Program-made: the position numbers and the translations under genes
Part shown: piece after piece, positions 1 through 10,870 of the stretch
Position numbering within the stretch: position 1 is the stretch's first letter
Layout of the letters: every line of letters starts with the position of its first letter
NCBI GenBank assembly: GCA_044892505.1
Contig: CM097882.1
Coordinates: 274,350,236-274,414,000 of the forward strand
Direction: 5' to 3'
Source of the DNA: Schmidtea nova
Lineage: Eukaryota
DNA length: 63,765 bases
Notes under the pieces: model-generated
What the model saw: the letters and a program-made list of their open reading frames with translations, nothing else
The model's database searches: none
What the model was told of the DNA's origin: nothing

Positions 1-1531
1 TTATTAAATTAATTAATAAATAAGTAACAAAATAAGCCTTTGCTGCAAAAACAATTTTATTAAGTGAGAAAATTTTCGATTATAAAATAATCCTCGTCAA
101 TCTCTAATTCGGCAAATAACTGGTATCTTCATTCATTCTGTTGTTTCTTTTTTCGTGATTTCTCTTCCTTTTCATTGGATGTTAATCTGATTAATATAAA
201 TTTTTTAAATTTTTAGTTGTTTTTAAAATGTTTTTTGTAAAAATTTTAAAAATATAAAATAAAAACTCTAAAAATTCTTAAAAACTTTTTCTAAAATTTT
301 TTTCAGAATAAATAAATTTATCCTTTTTTTTTAAAAAATTGAAAATTTTTAAATTTTTCTATTGTCTGTATTCTACACTTTTAATTTTCCAACCCTTTAT
401 ATTTGTATTTTATTTTTTTATTTTAAAATTTAATTATATATCTTTGAAATGCCCGTAAATTCTCTGTACTATCACTTTTCTTTCTCCTTTTCTATGTCTT
501 CCTTTTACTTTTATACTTTCTTCTTTGTAGAACCATATGTTTTTTAAACAAGATAGTAAGTGGGGGATTTCACTAACTTCCTCTTTAGAGTTAATTTTTG
601 GGGGTTTGGCTCTAATGAAAATTGCTTCTTTAAGTCTGGGATATTTTTCGTCGTTTTCGTTTGTCAATATTTTCACTGATATTAATTTTTCCTTATTTTC
701 TGTCTGACATTAGTGAAGAGGTCTCTATACAGATGACTTTCAACCAAAATCAAGATGTTCTTTAATTCTCTGATGCAAAGTCCGAAGTGTGCTTCCGATG
801 TAAATTTCTTTGCATTTATTACACATGATGCTATAGACAATGTTCTTGCGAAAGCATAATTTCTTTGGTGTTTAGCAATCTTCCATCTTACATGTATTTT
901 CCTTTCTCGCGTTGTTAGCTAGAGCTTGCCTTAATGTCTTATATCTATGTGCCAAACGAATAGGAAGGCCAGTGAGATTAAGTTCTTTGATGATCATGAA
1001 ATTTATTCGGTCACTGATGAAAGGAATTCGAAGGTAGAAATATTTCTTTTCCTTTTGTAGGTCTTTCTGCCTTCTCTGGTTGAATTTTACTTTGTTAATC
1101 TGGTTAATATTGCAGGACTTCTGTAAATATCCTTTGTTGTACTGAATTGTCCTCTTCCTTTGTGCATCGATTAGCTATCCTTTGTCTCTCATTTCTAATG
1201 ACGTTTACCTTCTGCAGATGAGGAAGTGCTGATCTTTGGTGCATAAATATTTCTTTGCGGGCTGATTTTTTGTAGAACCCATATGCTGGTGTGTCTGAGT
1301 TTATTTTTATTCTCAGATCTAATAGTTCGAGGGATCCGTCTTCTTTCGGGTATTCAATATCTTAATATTCTCGGAAAGAGCCACACCTTCGAAGGACCCA
1401 GAAACTTTATTAATTTTTCTTTTGATTCATTAGCGAAAATAATTTGTTTGGTTTCAATGCCATATTGTGTCTTCAACACTTCAAATATTCACACAAGTAC
1501 AGAAAATGGAATGCTAAAGACCCTAAGAATA
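1..1531 (-). mobile_element. Penelope-like retroelement remnant (RT C-terminus + GIY-YIG endonuclease + pLTR-type end)
   Basis: Minus-strand translation gives IVYSIMCNKCKEIYIGSTLRTLHQRIKEHL (GIY-YIG, ~750-850), LKEAIFIRAKPPKINSKEE, YLRIPFISDRI and IEYPKEDGSLELLDLRI, with frameshifts and stops. Bases 1-190 recur at ~10130-10330, 14770-14824, 17595-17700 and 42545-42657. Confidence 0.8.
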
Positions 1532-1875
1532 GATTTGTTGGGTCCACCATTTGGTCAACATTTAACGTACAAAACATAATAATAGGAAAACAAATAGGAA
1601 TGAAGAAAATATTAATGTATTTAAATAAATTCCATTGAAAAAGGAATTAAAAGTAATAGAAAGATAAATGATATGGTGAAATCATAAGAAATAAAATTGA
1701 AAATGTTAAAAAGTCATAAGAAATAATATCTAAATAACATAAATTGGTTAACAATAGAATTTAATAGTTAAATTAAGAGAAAAATTAAAGAAATTTTAAG
1801 TTAATTGAAACAAAAAATAAATAGATTTTATTTTTAAAATTTATTATTATTTTGAAATAAAATTGTATTCATTGA

Positions 1876-1932
1876 TGATCAGCTTCACGCTGATTGGTCA
1901 GTGAACTGATCTGATCAGTATAAATACTGATC
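1876..1932 (+). promoter_or_regulatory. LTR promoter: CCAAT box (ATTGG) and TATA box TATAAATA at 1919-1926 inside a palindrome
   Basis: ctgattgg...GATCAGTAT-AA-ATACTGATC. The same arrangement occurs in copy B at ~17175-17250 on the minus strand. Confidence 0.6.
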
Positions 1933-2141
1933 CAGATTCAGATGATTTAAAATGTTAAAATTAACGTTAACTTTTTATGCTTTTATGCTTCAAGAAGTTT
2001 GAACTTTGAATCAACAGAGGTATGGAATTTGATTGTTTTATTATTTTTATATGTAATCTATCATGATTTTTTGATTATTTCTGTCATTGCTATTAATTAA
2101 ATAAATTTTTATGAAGAAATTTTATTATTTGAGATTTGTTT

Positions 2142-2349
2142 GAGCTTCTTCCACTGTGTAATCAGTGGAAGGAGGCAAATGTATTAAATTATTTTATTTG
2201 AAGTTTTATTCATGATTTAATTGAGCTTCTTCCACTGTGTAATCGGTGGAAGGAGGCAAATATATTTAATTGATCTTACATATTACAGTATAGATGTAGA
2301 TTATTATTCAAGGGGGCTCATGTTCATCGTGAAATCGATGAAAGGAGGC
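2142..2349 (+). repeat. Hairpin repeat array A in LTR copy A (2 full units + 1 variant)
   Basis: gagcttcTTCCACTG-TGTAAT-C(A/G)GTGGAAggaggc at 2142 and 2223; variant TTCATCG-TGAAAT-CGATGAA-aggaggc at ~2314-2349. Confidence 0.85.
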
Positions 2350-2763
2350 AGACTGTGCCGAGTAGATAACTGCTCCATACAGTTAGGCCGTCCGACTGGT
2401 ATAAAGTGCCACGAGGGGGGTAGAATTATAATAACCATATTTCTAACAATTTATCACTGGACAGTATAGCCAGTTTAATTTGGTTTTTATGTGAAAACAG
2501 TTTTATTTTTGAACGAAATTTCATCTTTGTCAATAAAGTATTATCATGTTCTTTGCGATTGTCACATCTGGGGTTTGTTCGCATAAAGCGGCTAGTATCA
2601 AATTTAGAAATAAGTGTAGAATGCACATCAGAATGCAAGAATGCAAAAAAAATCAATAACCCTAATAGAGTAGTTTAAGTGGGTCATTGATCTACCACAC
2701 AATAAAACACAATTGATCTGATGCTCAACACAAACTAAATAACATTGAAATTAATCTACTAGG

Positions 2764-2903
2764 CTGATCCCTGTATATAGGGCAGTAATTTCGTAAGATC
2801 TTCGAATTTAAATTGATATCCTGATTGCTGTAGATAGCACAGGCATGAATGAAAGGAAATAAAGTACCAAATGAATTTATCTGATCGCTGTACATAGCGA
2901 CAG
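2764..2903 (+). repeat. Hairpin repeat array B in LTR copy A (3 units, 57-60 nt period)
   Basis: CTGAT-CCC-TGTATATA-GGG-CAG (2764), CTGAT-TGC-TGTAGATA-GCA-CAG (2821), CTGAT-CGC-TGTACATA-GCG-ACAG (2881). Confidence 0.85.
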
Positions 2904-3015
2904 TGTTAAAATATAGAATGTATTTTATTTCTCTTCCTAGTTTTAAATATGAAACGAAATCTGTTAATTCGAATCAGCCGAAAATTATAATTAATGCCAC
3001 CAATTAATTCAGAAA

Positions 3016-3605
3016 ATGTCAAACAACGCAATCAATCTTCAATCCGAATTGGACAAGGCTTGGCGAATCATTCACAGCCTTGAGAAAGAAATATTGAAAA
3101 AATCAGAGAAGCTGAACACAGCAAAAACTACAACCTCTCAATTAAAGAAGAGCTGGTTTAGTCCAGACCAAATGAAGGCCCAGCTCATGAAGAACCAACG
3201 CTCTCAGCGAGCAAATGATGAGTTTAGAACCGAACTCGAAGCCACAAAAATAGAATTGAGAAAATGTTTAAAATCCGTAACAACATCTTTCATCAACAGC
3301 GAATTAAAACAGCTCATACGCCCAATCACGTACCAGCGTTGGTCAGAAGAAAAGTCTGAATGTACTAAAGGAACCAACACGGAAGAGCCATCTCAGGTTC
3401 GAGAAATACAAATTCAAATTGCACCAAAGAATGCAGAAATTTCCGAAAGCAAGAAAAAGAAGAAGAATAAGATGTGCGCAAGACAACACATTGTAAGAAG
3501 CAAGTAATGCAACAGCTGATCCAACATACGAAGGAATTTCCCGAAATCGATTTAACTACGGATTTCTCAGTGGATGATGAGGATTTCCTCAAATATTTTG
3601 AATAA
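3016..3605 (+). pseudogene. LTR-encoded ~196-aa coiled-coil/basic/acidic-tail protein, one -1 frameshift near 3490
   Basis: The 163-aa ORF continues in another frame as KKQVMQQLIQHTKEFPEIDLTTDFSVDDEDFLKYFE* (TAA 3603-3605), matching the C-terminus of copy B. Confidence 0.8.
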
Positions 3606-3696
3606 GAACTTGAAAATTTCTTGTCATTAAGTTTTGTACAAAATTTTAGTTTTATTATATTTTTGTTTTGTGATTATTTTATTATAAAGTATTTGG

Positions 3697-3702
3697 AATA
3701 AA
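3697..3702 (+). terminator. Putative LTR polyadenylation signal AATAAA
   Basis: Lies 90 nt after the ORF stop. The context aaagtatt(t)ggaa(a)taaagtattttattaaaaaattt is conserved in copy B (~15265-15290, minus strand). Confidence 0.5.
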
Positions 3703-4438
3703 GTATTTTATTAAAAAATTTAAAATTAATTAAATGCAAATTATAATTGACAATAGTGTTGATACATATGATTAATAATAAACAATAGGAACAGTAAAGC
3801 GATGATATATTGTAATCTATTGGAATAATTTGTTGATATTGTAAAGAAGGGGGCAGAGGGAAAAATTAAACAGAAAGATAATGTAATGAATAAATTAAAG
3901 TGAAAGTGAAGCGTAAGTCCTTCTATCGGCAGCAGACGAACCCGTGAACATAAATGGGGAGTAGTTTTAGCAATAGAGCTCACCTGCCCATCATTGTTCA
4001 AACACCTTGCACATTTCCAACTCGATTATTCCAGGGAAATAGTCGAGGGTGCTCGTGTGTCACGTAAGCATTTTGTTTTTGGTCTTGGATGGAGGCATCC
4101 CTAGAGCGTTTATTTATTTTCTACTTTTGTTTTAACCCATCCAAACGCCCAACAGATTATTGAAATCTCGAATCAACTAATGAAGACTTGCAATACGTTC
4201 AATGTTTATGAATCACATGCGATTCATGCTTTTATTATGCACATCATTTCAAAATGAACTTTAATGTTGTTTTTATTTACACATAAAGTATTATCTTATA
4301 GAAAAGATTTATGAATATTATTAAATGATATTAGTTTTAAAGAATTAAATCCCCACTAATATCTCCAATATCTTCAATTATATCTCCAAACATAAATGAC
4401 TTTGCCGTTCCACAACCAGATGCTTTTGCTTTTCCAAA

Positions 4439-4561
4439 AATATAGTATATAAACTTACCTGTCTCAAACGTGACGCTACTTACATAGGAGAAACACATAG
4501 AACTAATCGCACACGACTTAATGAACACACTAAAAATAAAACCAGTAATTATTACGAACAC
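4439..4561 (+). pseudogene. Penelope GIY-YIG endonuclease fragment
   Basis: NIVYKLTCLKRDATYIGETHRTNRTRLNEH. Confidence 0.7.
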
Positions 4562-7094
4562 TGGAAGAACTTAATTTTAATCTTATTTTTAATATGCAAT
4601 ATTATTTTCAAAAATTAAATTATTATTTTAATTATATAACATAATGAAGTAAATTAAGCTTTTTTTTCAAAAAAATTGATAAGAAGGCCTTTTAACATTT
4701 CAGTCTAGGGCCTCCTTAAGGGTAAATCCCTGACTGTCGCTCGCGCTGATCAATTATATCCCTGCAAAACGTTATTGTGAACTGTCAATTTCAAATATCG
4801 AGTAAAAAAGAATATGGAGCCTAAAGGGTATCTGTTTGAAATCTAAAAGTAATTATTTTATTATTACTTAATTTTTGTATGGGGTTACCTAATATTTTTT
4901 TATATGGGGGAAGATATTTAGATTTAATGTAGTAAAAGACTTTCAAAGAAAATATTTACTAGTGAAAATAAGAAGTTCAAAACAAATAATTCAAAGAAAT
5001 ATTTTTTAAGCTGCCAAATTTCATAAGTCGCCACAAGGTGTATGGGGACTACACCTCTCATTCGAAGGAAAGCAGAAGGAATTGCCGTATACCGCTATAT
5101 ATTCTCCATTACGGATATTACATTATTATTTGGAAATATATGGAAACATTTAAGACACTAATTTGTGGAAAAAAATAATTTTATTTAAGAAGATCAAAAA
5201 AATTAGAAATGAAAAAGAAATAAAAGCAGTTCAATCACCATTTGACTTGCTATAACTCGGAGTTCTTACATTTCCTCTTCGTGTTACTTTTACGTAATTA
5301 TTTCGTTTTATTAGAATTTTTGGGAATTAATCTTAATTTTGTTTCTGGTTGTCTAATTTTATAGAATATAAAAATCTATGAATCATTAATTTCTAAAAAA
5401 ATTTGTAATTAAAAATCATTTGAATAATGTTCCATTATAATTTGTACGGCACAGAAATTGTTTCCGCCTTTACGGGGTCTCCTCGGGAAAATGATCAGAC
5501 AAACATTTAATTGATGAACTTCATTAAATATCATACTACGATTTTTTGGTGTCCATATATTTTTAAAAAGAAACTTTGATCCATCGACAGTGAGGGTAAG
5601 TTAGGCACCTTAATACCTTCAATCTGGAAACTTGAATTTCCGACTGAATTAATTGCCCATACGATTTTTATATTTCTGCAATTGAAAATTAAAATAGACA
5701 ATTCCTATTTCAATTAAACCTATTAAAATATCCTCTTTACCGAACTACCAACTTTGATTGGAAATGAATAAAAGAAATGAGCGGACTTCAAATAATGACA
5801 TTGTTTCGTGTTTTGTCATTTATCAAACAATAACATAAGAAAAATACATAAATTGAAAAGCTTTTCTTGGAAATCTATCATTTTATTTGATTGATTAATT
5901 TTGTTTCAATTTCCATTGTCGCGCTGAATTGAATGGTTCAGTCAATTTCAATAAAACCTTTTATACTTTATTTGCTCCTCCTTCTTTCAACAATTTATGG
6001 NNNNNNNNNNNNNNNNNNNNNNNNNNNNNNNNNNNNNNNNNNNNNNNNNNNNNNNNNNNNNNNNNNNNNNNNNNNNNNNNNNNNNNNNNNNNNNNNNNNN
6101 NNNNNNNNNNNNNNNNNNNNNNNNNNNNNNNNNNNNNNNNNNNNNNNNNNNNNNNNNNNNNNNNNNNNNNNNNNNNNGTAATGATTTAATAATAGAAAAA
6201 CGCCAACTCAGTCAATTCAACATAAACGCGATATATTTCGATTGTATAACAATCTTCGTCAAGCAACAATCAGGATAATCAATAATAAAACAGAAAATAT
6301 GCTAAATTTAAACAAATTAATCAATAATAATCATCTCCATACTATATCAGAATTTTAATTTAAAAATTTAATTTATTTATTTTTATTTTATCACAAAAAA
6401 ATTTTTAAATTTAATTAAAAAACAAACATTTTACATAGAACAACATACGTATTATTTTTAAAAAATAAAATTTAATTTAATAAAATTTTAACATTCAACA
6501 TAAAATTTACAAATTTAAAAAAAAATTAAAAATTTGTGAGAGCCGTGGTTCAACTCCAAAGTTGGAATTTTAAAATATGATCATTTACTTGATAAACGAC
6601 GAAGTTGTGCGAAGTTTAGCGCAACGGTACAGTGGTTCAGAGGTTAAGAGGTTCAGTGGCAGTGGAAGTACATGTGATAATGGGTTAGTATGTGTGAAGT
6701 GATGATGTAAATGAGTAACCACGTGTATAAGTTAGTACGCGTGTCACAGCATAGCAACTAAAGTTCAATATGTACAGGTCAACTTTGGTCAAAGGTCAAT
6801 AACGATACAACAGCGTCCAAAGGTCAAGTATGATGTAACCAGGGTTAATATTATGTTATTGGGGTCATATATGATGTTATTGTGACCAATTGTTATGTAA
6901 CAATGTTAAATGTAAAGTGAGCGGGGTCTAATATGATGTATTTGTGTAAAGTGTTATGTAATGAGGTCAATCATTTTGTGATATTATTTAATTTATTTTG
7001 TAATAGATGTCAAGTGCCAAATATTTCGTAATCCTTGGGGGTATTGTATCTGACCGGGACACATCCTACTCATATTCCAAAAAATTCTTTCCAC

Positions 7095-7380
7095 ATCTTG
7101 CAAAGTTAGCAGTATGTTCACTAATAAATGTCCAACACCAGTTGGTCTGTGTTCTGAGGTCGTGTATCAATTTTCATATAATGTATGTATTATCACATAC
7201 ATTGGAGAGACTACCCGTCATTTTTGCACTCGAGTTCTTGAGCATTGTTGACTGAATGGATTGGCTAATATTGATGATCATTTTAGGAAATGTATTAGTA
7301 AAAAATAGGTATCTCTGCTCAAGGCATGCTGAAGTTTCTGGTTCTACGAATATTTTGAATGTGTTTAAGTAACTAGGTGT
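7095..7380 (+). pseudogene. Penelope GIY-YIG endonuclease fragment
   Basis: KVSSMFTNKCPTPVGLCSEVVYQFSYNVCIITYIGETTRHFCTRVLEH*, in a different frame from the listed 7007 ORF. Confidence 0.75.
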
Positions 7381-7904
7381 TGCATGTTGTGAATTTTGGA
7401 ATGTTGTGTTTTTGGTATAAGTCGGTTTGTTATAGAGAATATTTTATAAATTTTGTGTTTTAAAAGAAAATATTTTTGTTTTCAATTTCGATAAAAAATT
7501 CAAATTTTCATGTTTTTTTAAAATATACTTTTATAAAAAAAATTATTTGAAAGTTTTGTGTGAAGAATTTATTTTTAAAAATTGAATTTTGATACAATTT
7601 GAAGACGATTATTATTGATTAATTTTTTTGAATATTTCGTTTTATCTATTTATTATTGATAANNNNNNNNNNNNNNNNNNNNNNNNNNNNNNNNNNNNNN
7701 NNNNNNNNNNNNNNNNNNNNNNNNNNNNNNNNNNNNNNNNNNNNNNNNNNNNNNNNNNNNNNNNNNNNNNNNNNNNNNNNNNNNNNNNNNNNNNNNNNNN
7801 NNNNNNNNNNNNNNNNNNNNNNNNNNNNNNNNNNNNNNNNNNNNNNNNNNNNNNNNNNNNNNNNNNNTTTGATCTTTTTTTATTATTATTATCAATAATT
7901 CTCA

Positions 7905-8053
7905 TAATGACTATAGATCAAAATTTTTTTTTATAAACAATAACACAATATTTTGGCACAGCCTTTATCAAGTGTGTATTTCACACTTGATAAAGGCTGT
8001 GCCAAAATATTGTGTTATTGTTTATAAAAAAAAATTTTGATCTATAGTCATTA
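7905..8053. repeat. Perfect 72-bp inverted repeat with 5-nt loop; member of a dispersed palindromic family
   Basis: Arms 7905-7976 and 7982-8053, loop TATTT. Related arms occur at ~18880, 38110-38220, 43070-43190 and 45420-45490. Confidence 0.85.
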
Positions 8054-10129
8054 NNNNNNNNNNNNNNNNNNNNNNNNNNNNNNNNNNNNNNNNNNNNNNN
8101 NNNNNNNNNNNNNNNNNNNNNNNNNNNNNNNNNNNNNNNNNNNNNNNNNNNNNNNNNNNNNNNNNNNNNNNNNNNNNNNNNNNNNNNNNNNNNNNNNNNN
8201 NNNNNNNNNNNNNNNNNNNNNNNNNNNNNNNNNNNNNNNNNNNNNNNNNNNNNNNNNNNNNNNNNNNNNNNNNNNNNNNNNNTATAGCAAGATGTTATTT
8301 TATGGCAACCAAATAACTATTGATGTAACTGATTAGTTACCCGTTGCAAGCAATGTTGGTGCTATAACTAACGGGTGAAAATACTCGCATCAATTGAGCA
8401 CTGCTACAAGAAATGTATTTGCTCGAGTACTTTTTCTGGATTCACGAGCTATCGATAGAAGATCTAAGCTCAATTTTGATGTATGGTCCCTTTCTATTTC
8501 TATTTCGTTCTAATAATTTTTAAATCAGGTTTTAGGTTTTATTTAGGTCCTTTTTTGACCATGTCATTGTTTTTATCTAAAGAAATAAGGTTTACTAAAT
8601 CATGACATCATGGTTTTGGGATATAGGATTTTTAATGAAAATTGATGCGAGAATAATAAGAAAATACAGAGTTTTATGCTAAGATTAATAAACTAAATTA
8701 TTTAGAAAGATGTATTTATTTTTCAAGAAAATTAGTAGAAATTTTAGTTAAGATCAAGTCAGATGTTTTTGCTGACCAGGTTTATTATGCAGCATGCTAC
8801 GCATGAGTAAGTTCAATTCTTAAGGTAATAATTTATAGATTTTATAAGTTGTAATTTTCGATGTTTCAATATTATCAGAATTTCTCAGATTTCCGATCAT
8901 CTCATTGCATCACAAGTATTTCGCATCGATTTATTTTTAGATTTTAACTTCTTCAATTAATATTCACTCGATTTAGATGTATATTTTTATGATCGTCAGA
9001 AATTGTCTTAAATTTTGTTGGAAAAATTATAGGTATTTATTTTATTTGGGGGTCTATTTGACAGCATGGGGTCGGACAGTTGAAGAGAATCCATTCTGCA
9101 CACGTTATCCCACATTGACTACGTGCACTGCAAAAAGCTGGGAATGTCACAGCGAGATTACAGCTCGGAAGGTCTGGAAGATAATAAAATTTAAAAAAAC
9201 AAAAAGATTTGATCATTTTATGTATGCAACATTTTAGACAAATATCGAGAATAGATCGAATTTTGAATCAATGAAGTAATGATATAACATAGACAGCCAG
9301 GGTATGGGACAGTGCCAAATAAAAATAAATTATGATAGACAAAACATCAAACTGGCATACCTAGCATGCTCAGTATGCTACCGTCCCTCCAATAATCTGA
9401 ACAGCAATGCTCACCGATATAGTTTTTCCAAATATTTGATTTCTCAGAATGCTCACTTCTCTCAAACAAGAGTGTCTTCAAAAAATGTTCATGTAAAAAG
9501 TCTTCTTTTTTCAAAAAAAAGTGTTTTTCAAAGTGCTCAACTTTTAGAACAGAGTGTTTAATGACTGAAAATGGCATAACTATATAGATACCATTTTCAG
9601 ACCATTTAATTTAAGTGATGCAGTAAAACAAGTTTTTTATCGTTATTTTTACTTAATTTAATTTATTTTAAAAGTTTTATTTTATTTTTGCTAAAATGAA
9701 TTTATATTTATAAATAAAATTTTATTCTATACTTTAACAAATTTTATTTTTATTAAATTTTTATATTTTACTTAAATTTCAACTACTTAAATTTATTTTT
9801 ACAATTTACTTTTGCATTTTTTACATTTATACTAATAAAATTGAGATAATTATTTATAAAAATTATGAATTTTTTGTTTATTTATTTATTTTATTAGATT
9901 TTCTTGTTAATTTGTTTTGTTTGTGTTTTTTCATGTTTACTTCTTGTATTTGTTTATTTTGCACTTTACTTTTGTTTTAATTAATTTTTACATATGCACT
10001 GTTTATTATTTTTGCTTATCTTGATGTTTTCCTTTAATATTTGAGTATACTTCTTGCATTGTCACTACATGTTATATTTGCATTCACTCACAAATCAATG
10101 AACTTCAGTTTTTACCCAACAATTATAAT

Positions 10130-10870
10130 AAAATGGTGATTTGTTTGTAGCAGCAATAATTAAATATTAAATAAATAATAAATAACAAAATAAGCCTTTT
10201 CTGCAAAATTTCATTTATAAAGTAATACTTGTCAATCTCTAATACAGAATATAATTGGAATCTTCATCGTGTACTGCTATTTCTTTCTCTTGAATTATCT
10301 CTTTTTTTATTGGATGTAAATTTGATTAAAATAAATTTTAACACTTTTCTTTAAAATATAAATCTATAGGGATACCACATCGAGGCTAAAGTAGTAATTG
10401 AATTTGCATGGGTTGTTTTATTTGTTTTATTCAAGTTTCACATGAGGCAGTCACTGCTTTGAATATGGTGTGGTACTTTGTTTAAAAAAGAAGACAAATA
10501 ATCTTGTTTGTTGGACCTTTTTTTATTCGATACAATTGGTCTAATCTTGATCATGGGGCCTTCTTTAGGAGTTTTAATTAAACAGTTAAATTTTGGAAGG
10601 TTGGAAATTTGTGTTATGAAGATTTTGGCAGATTTTTCCCTGATACCTTTATTTTGCCAATTTTTTTGAATGCTTTGTTAATCTTTCCTTTAATGATGTT
10701 TGCTAAAAAGCATTTCATCTCTTGATTTGTATTTGTGTCGTTGAGATGTTTTTAGGCTTCTTCACAATAAAGGAATTTCTAAATTTTAGGTAAAATAATT
10801 TCAAAATTTATATTAATCAGATTTACATCTTATGAAAAAAAGAGATAATTCAAAAGAATGAAACAGCAAT
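10130..10870 (-). mobile_element. Penelope-like RT N-terminal fragment plus pLTR-type end
   Basis: Minus strand gives IRPIVSNKKGPTNK, DYLSSFLNKVPHHIQSS and YFSLDVVSL*. Bases 10130-10330 are homologous to 1-190. Confidence 0.65.

Larger units (their letters stand above)
1536..4154 (+). mobile_element. Long solo LTR (copy A, 2.6 kb) of an LTR retrotransposon, carrying an internal ORF
   Basis: Begins TGTTGGG, ends CCCAACA, and is flanked by a 4-bp direct repeat GATT (1532-1535, 4155-4158). Colinear along its length with the inverted copy at 14825-17594. Confidence 0.85.

Noticed and set aside
2142-2349. CRISPR-like array (palindromic ~36-nt repeats with unique spacers)
   Set aside because: Only 2-3 units, inside eukaryotic LTRs, with no cas-like gene and low-complexity AT spacers of irregular length. 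It is better explained as multimerised RNA hairpins.
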